Assembly (NCBI GenBank): GCA_018897475.1
Contig: JAHIKS010000142.1
Location: forward strand, 1 to 33,020
DNA: 33,020 nucleotides
Source: Candidatus Altiarchaeota archaeon
GTDB taxonomy: Archaea > Altiarchaeota > Altiarchaeia > IMC4 > QMZM01
Reading direction: 5' to 3'
Shown piece after piece: positions 8,232 to 13,843 of this stretch (the stretch's first letter is position 1; the number at the start of each line of letters is the position of its first letter). The position numbers were made by a program, and so were the translations under genes. The notes below the pieces were generated by a model, which saw only the letters and a list, made by a program, of their open reading frames with translations, was not told the origin of the DNA and searched no databases.

Positions 8232-9365
8232 ATGGATTTGAAATTCGCAAGCAGGATGTTGAATGTGAAGCCTTCAGCAACATTTAAATATAATGCTCTG
8301 GCTAAAAAACCAGGCGTAATAAATTTAACAATAGGTCGACCAGACTTTGACACACCTCAAGTGATCAAGAATGCTGCTAAGAAAGCATTAGATGGGGGGA
8401 AAGTACACTATACGCCAACAAAAGGTATACCTGAGCTAAGGGAGCAGATTGCCAACAAGCTTGTTAGTGAAAACGGCATCAATGGTTTGGATGCTGATGA
8501 TGTCATACTCAGTGGTGGCGGAAAACAAATCCTGTATGAGGCATTGCAGGCGTTAATCGGTCCAGGAGATACTGTGGCATTGCAAAACCCCTGCTGGGTT
8601 AGCTATGAACCAATGGCGTATCTAGCCGGCGGTGAAGTCGACTGGTTTCCCCTTAAGCCAGAAAAGGGGTTCATACCAGGCACGGAATACATGAACCGTT
8701 TTGAAAAAACAAGTGCGAAGGTACTGATACTCAATTCCCCGAGCAACCCAACCGGTGCGGTAATCTCCAAGAAGCTTATCCGAGAGATAATGGATATCTG
8801 TTTGAGAAAAAATATTTTCGTGATATCAGACGAAGTGTACGAACGTTTCGTATACGATGGCAAGTTCTACAGTCCTGCTAGAGACTATGAAAACGTTTTA
8901 ACGGTTAACGCCTTCAGCAAGACATACAGTATGACTGGCTGGCGGCTCGGCTACGCAGCCTGCTACAACAGGGAATTAGTGGATAAAATGAATCTAATAC
9001 AAGGGCAGTCGCTGAGCTGCTGCACATCATTCGCCCAGTATGGGGCGCTTACTGCTTTCACGAATGAAGCCCGGAAAGAATCCGACAGAATGGTCTCTGA
9101 ATTTAAGAGGCGTCGTGACTACGTAATGGAACGTATCAGGGAGTTGGATTGTGTATGCGTTAAGCCGTCAGGAGCATTCTATGTTTTCCCATATTTTGGT
9201 GTCGACGACTTGGCATTTAGTGAAAAACTGCTTGAGGCAGGAGTCGGAGTGGTCCCTGGAAGTCCGTTTGGTTCATGCGGTAAAGGGTGTGTTAGAATAA
9301 GCTACGGTAGTGCTAACGTTGAATTGCTTTCTCAAGCCTTTGACAGGATAGAGGATGCAATGTGA
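8232..9365 (+). CDS. class I/II pyridoxal-phosphate aminotransferase (aspartate aminotransferase-like)
   Basis: 377 aa with LNSPSNPTG, ISDEVY and NAFSKTYSMTGWRLGY (PLP-lysine motif). Confidence 0.85.
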   Translation: MDLKFASRMLNVKPSATFKYNALAKKPGVINLTIGRPDFDTPQVIKNAAKKALDGGKVHYTPTKGIPELREQIANKLVSENGINGLDADDVILSGGGKQILYEALQALIGPGDTVALQNPCWVSYEPMAYLAGGEVDWFPLKPEKGFIPGTEYMNRFEKTSAKVLILNSPSNPTGAVISKKLIREIMDICLRKNIFVISDEVYERFVYDGKFYSPARDYENVLTVNAFSKTYSMTGWRLGYAACYNRELVDKMNLIQGQSLSCCTSFAQYGALTAFTNEARKESDRMVSEFKRRRDYVMERIRELDCVCVKPSGAFYVFPYFGVDDLAFSEKLLEAGVGVVPGSPFGSCGKGCVRISYGSANVELLSQAFDRIEDAM

Positions 9366-9429
9366 GAACTCTGAAATAAATAAGGATGGATGGAAATGGT
9401 AAAAAATCGGCTCTGTAGAAAACCGCTTT

Positions 9430-9449
9430 GTTGAATAATTCGATTCAAC
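9430..9449. terminator. 7-bp stem / 6-nt loop hairpin (GTTGAAT-AATTCG-ATTCAAC) between convergent genes
   Basis: Read from the sequence. It sits in the convergent intergenic region between the aminotransferase and the purP operon. Its function is inferred only from position. Confidence 0.3.
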
Positions 9450-9466
9450 AATAATTATTAAGCTCT

Positions 9467-9565
9467 TTAGTCTATTATCTCAGCATCATTGAGCCCAGAT
9501 TCTTTACTATTCAGTTTTCTGAATACATCCGCGATATCGAGAGAATGCCAATTATCGTCATTCAT
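9467..9565 (-). pseudogene. 32-codon relic of a P-type cation-transporting ATPase N-terminus
   Basis: My own translation is MNDDNWHSLDIADVFRKLNSKESGLNDAEIID*, which fits the Cation_ATPase_N pattern (W-H-x-L-x...V...L....-GL-x-x-E). Its ATG overlaps the purP stop as ATGA. Neither other frame continues the ATPase sequence downstream. Confidence 0.4.
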
Positions 9566-10620
9566 AGTACTATTCTAGTTAGATTCTCCTTCCCGGCATC
9601 CTTTATCTCCCTCGCAATCCTCCTGCCGGTGCTCATTGGTTCATCGTAGAGTAGCTGTGAATATTGCGAGCCCTGCATGTAGAGGTTCGTCCCGGCGACA
9701 ATCCTCGCAGATATCTCAAATACGATGAACTCCAGGTTCTCGGTACAGATACTCTCGATGCAGAAAGGCCCGACCATGCCCGGCTTGAACAGGTCCTTTG
9801 ATGCCTTTACCAGGTTCTCGGCTATGTCCATCATCCTGGGAAGGAGAGACTCCCTCGCAACGACGGGTATATTTCCTGCAACGACAAAACTCGGATTGGG
9901 ATGCTCACCAAGGAGGTGGGAGATTCTCGCAACGCCATCTACATTAGTCTCGTACCTTATGTCGATGCCGAGCAGCTCGACCCTGTTCTTCAGGGGCGAG
10001 TAGAAGTAGTGCGGATAAAACCGTGTCCCGATTATGTACTCCTGGATTGTGAAATTCTCCCTATCCTCCAGTTTCATCCCCCTTATATTCTCCTCGAATT
10101 CTACCGCATTTTTGGCCAGGAAGTAATTCCTTCCACCCCTGGCGCCGGGGAATTTTACTATCGAGAGGCAGTCGATATCCTCTGGTCTGTCGAATTCTCT
10201 AGGAACTCTAACCCCTGCCTTTATGAGCCATTCCCTCTCCCTGCCCCGGTCAGACTCCCAGCCCAGAACGGCCCTGTTGCCAAAGACCGGAACCCTCAAT
10301 TTATCCTCTATATTTTTTGCCCCCACATATTCAACGAACGAACCGTGGGGAATGAGAATTACGTTCTTCTCTATTAATTTCTGCTGGAATTCATCATCGA
10401 GGATGTCTATGTACTCCTTGACCGAGAGAATATCATCGGCAATACCAAACCTCCCGTAGAAATCCTCCTTCCCGGGCCTGCAGATAACAAGGGTTCTGAA
10501 GCCCTCATCCTTTGCCCCCTTCATAATCTGCAGGGCGGTATGGCTCCCTATCGTTGCTATGGTAAGCTTCTTTTTGTCATAGCCTTCTAGCACCTTGTGA
10601 ATATCTTCCTTGGAAATCAT
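9562..10620 (-). CDS. purP: 5-formaminoimidazole-4-carboxamide ribonucleotide (FAICAR) synthetase PurP
   Basis: 352 aa. The ATP-grasp PurP pattern runs from MISKEDIHKVLEGYDKKKLTIATIGSHTALQI... to ...FEISARIVAGTN. Confidence 0.85.
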   Translation of the reverse strand: MISKEDIHKVLEGYDKKKLTIATIGSHTALQIMKGAKDEGFRTLVICRPGKEDFYGRFGIADDILSVKEYIDILDDEFQQKLIEKNVILIPHGSFVEYVGAKNIEDKLRVPVFGNRAVLGWESDRGREREWLIKAGVRVPREFDRPEDIDCLSIVKFPGARGGRNYFLAKNAVEFEENIRGMKLEDRENFTIQEYIIGTRFYPHYFYSPLKNRVELLGIDIRYETNVDGVARISHLLGEHPNPSFVVAGNIPVVARESLLPRMMDIAENLVKASKDLFKPGMVGPFCIESICTENLEFIVFEISARIVAGTNLYMQGSQYSQLLYDEPMSTGRRIAREIKDAGKENLTRIVL

Positions 10621-11744
10621 GTTACAATCTCCTGAACCCGTTCCTCATCAACTGCCTTCTTGAGCTCCATTGCAATTCTCTCCCCGACTGAAATCCCCCT
10701 TCCATGGAGATACTCGGAGTAGGGAGTAAACTTTGTTCCGGGGGAGCCCTGGACCCTGAGGCTTATGTCAAAGACTACTGCAATTTCCTTCGGCGGCCCC
10801 GGAGTAAAGGTGGCCTGCAGGGCAAAGGGACCTATGATGCCCGGGGCGTATTCCTTCTTCGAGACCTTCACAAACTTCTCCCCCAGCTCGAAAATCTGCT
10901 CCAGCAAAGACTCCTTGACAGTGCATGCTATATGTCCAGACTCGACGGTCTTCATATCTATATACTTCATGACCTCAAGCTGCTGCTTCGCCGGAAGCCT
11001 GAGAATCCCGTCCAGGTTGGTCTGCCTTCTCGTGTCTGTGCCCAGCAATTCAAGCCTGTCATCCAGGGGGGAGTAAAAGTAGTTGAAATTTACCTGTGCC
11101 CCGACGACGAATTCCTCTACGACTGCCTTCTTCAGGGCGTCCTCCGTTATGGTCCCTGCAGCAAGCAGTTCATCAGACTTGTTCTGGTACTCTTCAGGGC
11201 TCGAGGCAAAGAAGAACGCCCTCTCATAGGTCCTGTGAGCCTCACTTACCTTGACAAGAACGAGCCTGTCAATATCATCGGGCTTCTTATAAACCCTGGG
11301 GAAGGGAATTCCCGCCTTCTCCATGAGATAGTACTGATTCCTGGGGGCGTCCCTCTCCTCAGCCCTTAGCATTGCCCTTGAGCCAAATAACGGCAGGAGG
11401 AATTCATTCTCAATCTTATCAAAGCCCACATAGACCTCAAAGGAGCGGTGGGGAAGAAAGATGGTATTCCTCTTTTGCAATTCTGTAAGGATTTTATTAT
11501 CTGTAACGTTTGCGAATTTTTCGAGTATTATTGTCTCATCAACCACTCCCAGTCCATCACCGCTCTTATAATACCGTTCATAGGTCTTCTCCCTGCCCTT
11601 CTGGCAGACGACGATATTCCTAAAACCGTGCTCCTTCGCCCCCCTGCATATGTCAAGAGCGGAATGCGAGCCCAGCGCCCCGACTGTGATGTCTTTCAGA
11701 TTATACTTATTCAAGAGCCCGCCTATATCCTCTTGGGAAATCAT
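10617..11744 (-). CDS. PurP paralog (FAICAR synthetase family), start trimmed to the ATG at 11744
   Basis: MISQEDIGGLLNKYNLKDITVGALGSHSALDI... is collinear with the downstream PurP. The 29-codon N-terminal extension in the ORF track has no counterpart in the paralog. Its stop overlaps the downstream ATG (ATGA). Confidence 0.8.
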   Translation of the reverse strand: MISQEDIGGLLNKYNLKDITVGALGSHSALDICRGAKEHGFRNIVVCQKGREKTYERYYKSGDGLGVVDETIILEKFANVTDNKILTELQKRNTIFLPHRSFEVYVGFDKIENEFLLPLFGSRAMLRAEERDAPRNQYYLMEKAGIPFPRVYKKPDDIDRLVLVKVSEAHRTYERAFFFASSPEEYQNKSDELLAAGTITEDALKKAVVEEFVVGAQVNFNYFYSPLDDRLELLGTDTRRQTNLDGILRLPAKQQLEVMKYIDMKTVESGHIACTVKESLLEQIFELGEKFVKVSKKEYAPGIIGPFALQATFTPGPPKEIAVVFDISLRVQGSPGTKFTPYSEYLHGRGISVGERIAMELKKAVDEERVQEIVT

Positions 11745-11849
11745 TTTCGATGATGAAAAGCCACACACTGAGCGGTATGGATTATAAAGATAATGGGACT
11801 GATGCATATATAATGAGAAAATTAGATCCAAGAATAAAAATCCTTGGAT

Positions 11850-12070
11850 ATTCTGAATTGCGGTTCTACTAATAAATATTTAGGTGAGTTACCCACTCGC
11901 TAAAGCGTTTGGGCTTCCTGCTTCCTTGACGAGACATGCCCCATCCATTGGATGGGGTAGGGGTATCATCTCTACAGGCGTTAGTTCGGGTCGCACCGAC
12001 CCTACCTCTTTGAGAGCCTTATTCAGTATGTTTATCGCAGCATTGTGGTCTCTGTCCATTACCAAGCCAC
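11850..12070 (-). ncRNA. predicted TnpB omega-RNA (reRNA) scaffold overlapping the 3' end of tnpB; boundaries approximate
   Basis: In IS200/IS605 elements the guide RNA is encoded at the tnpB 3' end and right end. Here that region holds nested stems: 11939-11957 (8-bp stem), 11988-12002 (6-bp stem) and 11956-11962 paired with 12000-12006. It encodes the archaeal TnpB C-terminal signature ..TPVE....VKEAGSP. Confidence 0.35.
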
Positions 12071-13106
12071 AAGCAGGACAGCGGTGAGTTCTAACCCAAA
12101 CCTGCTTATAGACGCGGTTGCCGCATCTGCTGCAATTTTGTGTTGTGTTTTTTGGATATACCTTCACAAGCACCCTACCAGCACCTTCCGCCTTGTAGGA
12201 CAGCATTTGAATGAAGGTTGACCATGAAGAGTCTGCCGTGTTCTTGGCGTTGTAAGAAGATTCCATCATCTTTCTTACTGTTAGATCCTCTACACCTATG
12301 ATATCATGGCTATTTACATAGTAGTGTGATAGTTTATGCAGAAAGTCCCTTCGTTTGTCAGTTATTCTTTCGTGGATTCTTGTAAGTTTGAGCATCTGCT
12401 TCACTCGGTTCCTTGAATCTTTATTTTTTCTTGATAGCTTTCTTTGCTCTCTCTTGAGTTTCTCTTCAAGTTTCAGGAGAATGTGAGGATGTTCTATTCT
12501 TTCCCCATTACTATCTGTCAAATAGTTATCTATGTTCAGGTCCAATCCAATAGCTTTGCCCGTAGTGCCTAACTTTTTTGGTTTAGTTTCTACAGAAAGA
12601 ATAGCAAACCACTTTCCAGAAGGCGTTCTTTTCACAAAAACCTGTTTTATCTTCCCTTCAACCTTCCTATGGGCTCTGATGGGTATCTCACCTATCTTGG
12701 ATAACCAGAGTTTCTGATACCGATTTCCATTATCAATGAGCTTGAAACCACTCTGGTTGTATACGAACGTTTTGAATCTACCCTGCTTCTTGAATCTAAC
12801 CCTTCCAACTTTTCTACCGTTCTTCTTCAGTTTACTAAGTGCCTTTAGGTTGCTATAGAGTTGAAAAAGAACATATTGTCTTGTCTTGGAATGAATATTA
12901 GCATAGTAAGGATTCTCCCTTGCCAACTCTGGGAGCTCGGCTTGCAAATTATAGCGGGACGGAATTTTATCTTTACCTTCCCACTCCCCTAAAAAGTAGT
13001 TGTAGAGACATCTACAACTCTCTAAGGTTTCCAGCAACTTCATTTCCTGAGCCCTGCTTGGATAGAGCCTGAATCGATAGTTTCTATTTACCTTTAATGG
13101 CACCAT
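11889..13106 (-). CDS. tnpB: TnpB (IS200/IS605 OrfB, RuvC-like RNA-guided nuclease), apparently intact
   Basis: Starts MVPLKVNRNYRFRLYPSRAQ. The RuvC triad candidates are IGLDLN, IGVEDL and DRDHNAAINI, with zinc ribbon CSRCGN...CPACG. The start is trimmed from the TTG at 13136 to the ATG at 13106. Confidence 0.9.
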   Translation of the reverse strand: MVPLKVNRNYRFRLYPSRAQEMKLLETLESCRCLYNYFLGEWEGKDKIPSRYNLQAELPELARENPYYANIHSKTRQYVLFQLYSNLKALSKLKKNGRKVGRVRFKKQGRFKTFVYNQSGFKLIDNGNRYQKLWLSKIGEIPIRAHRKVEGKIKQVFVKRTPSGKWFAILSVETKPKKLGTTGKAIGLDLNIDNYLTDSNGERIEHPHILLKLEEKLKREQRKLSRKNKDSRNRVKQMLKLTRIHERITDKRRDFLHKLSHYYVNSHDIIGVEDLTVRKMMESSYNAKNTADSSWSTFIQMLSYKAEGAGRVLVKVYPKNTTQNCSRCGNRVYKQVWVRTHRCPACGLVMDRDHNAAINILNKALKEVGSVRPELTPVEMIPLPHPMDGACLVKEAGSPNALASG

Positions 13107-13111
13107 TGTTG

Positions 13112-13321
13112 TTACCCCTTTGTTGTAGAATACCAAAATGCTTGTGCGAGAGCACCGGAAAAGTGATTATGCTCCTCCGTAGCGCCTAACTTTTTGTAGT
13201 GCCTCTCCTCCATTTCAGGCATCAAACAGGATTCAAGATATTCCTGTTCGTACCTATCCAGTTCCTTCTCAGACGGATGATGTCTGAGATAGTTTCCTTC
13301 CAGTTCAGCTTTTGCATCCAT
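13112..13321 (-). CDS. small hypothetical protein (69 aa) coupled to tnpB
   Basis: A strong SD is present (GGAGGTAAAAAA-ATG). The stop is 5 nt before the tnpB ATG. The protein is helical and charged, and I recognise no family. Confidence 0.45.
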   Translation of the reverse strand: MDAKAELEGNYLRHHPSEKELDRYEQEYLESCLMPEMEERHYKKLGATEEHNHFSGALAQAFWYSTTKG

Positions 13322-13374
13322 TTTTTACCTCCAGAGCAAAGACCACACTAGCCCACACACAAAACAACCAATTA

Positions 13375-13604
13375 GGGTTTTGCCCTATTTAATTTCAAAG
13401 CGGGCGTTCCTGCAAAAGAAAATAACAGGTTCTCGGCCTTGGACATTGAAGGCGAGACACTTATAGGGGTGGATGTGGCTGACTTTCAGTCAGACACACA
13501 CCCGAGCCAAAGGCTCGGTTGTGAGCCCCATAAGGTCTCGCCAAACCGAGAACAGAAACAAATTTTCCTGACATTGGAACGCCCGCAAAATACGGGCAAA
13601 ACCC
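13375..13604. other. 230-nt rod-like nested inverted-repeat element (candidate structured ncRNA, or MITE/PATE-like DNA hairpin)
   Basis: Complementary pairs: 13375-85/13594-604 (11 bp), 13400-10/13576-86 (11 bp), 13429-36/13546-53 (8 bp), and 13451-69/13526-42 (17 bp with two bulged A). Apical hairpins lie at 13479-93 and 13502-18. Confidence 0.6.
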
Positions 13605-13843
13605 GCGTGTCAAATATTTTTTATAAAAGAAAAATTCACTACGAGAATCCTACATTTATCTAAATCCTTGCATAAATTAACTATTTCTGACTTAGGGGAT
13701 ATTCCCGACCTGAACGAGATCAAGGAGAAGGCAATACGCGGGAGGGAGATTCTCTACGAGAGAATTTAACCGATAAATTTTGTAATCGCTATAATATATA
13801 ATTGATTCTCACATTATCTAATAAACAGAAAAAAGGATTAAAA

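Larger units (their letters stand above)
11860..13330 (-). mobile_element. IS1341-like (TnpA-less IS200/IS605 family) element; ends not determined
   Basis: A TnpB gene with a coupled small upstream ORF and no Y1 transposase, inserted between the purP operon promoter region and a surface-protein gene. The left and right end positions are guesses. Confidence 0.45.

Noticed and set aside
11745-11831. 29-codon N-terminal extension of the upstream purP paralog (and similar track extensions at 13107-13136, 13802-13843, 25113-25154, 28143-28220 and 7609-7659)
   Set aside because: The extensions have no counterpart in paralogs or orthologs as I know them. They overlap upstream genes or use TTG. Internal ATGs match the conserved N-termini.
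13112-13321. The 'HNH' tripeptide (EEHNHF) in the small ORF as a sign of an HNH nuclease or HUH transposase
   Set aside because: A three-residue match with no surrounding beta-beta-alpha-metal, Cys/His or HUH-plus-Tyr context is coincidental.
13375-13604. Whether the rod-like element is SRP (7S) RNA or RNase P RNA
   Set aside because: At 230 nt it is short for archaeal SRP RNA. It lacks the universally conserved helix-8 GNRA loop and AGCA/GGA symmetric-loop motif. It also lacks the RNase P CR-I (GGAAAGUCC) and CR-V-like cores. The minus-strand word GAAAGTC at the apex is only a partial, out-of-context match. A covariance-model search is still needed.
13439-13663. 74-aa plus-strand ORF in the track
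   Set aside because: It lies entirely within the inverted-repeat element, has no RBS and has an implausible composition. It is most likely a by-product of the palindrome.
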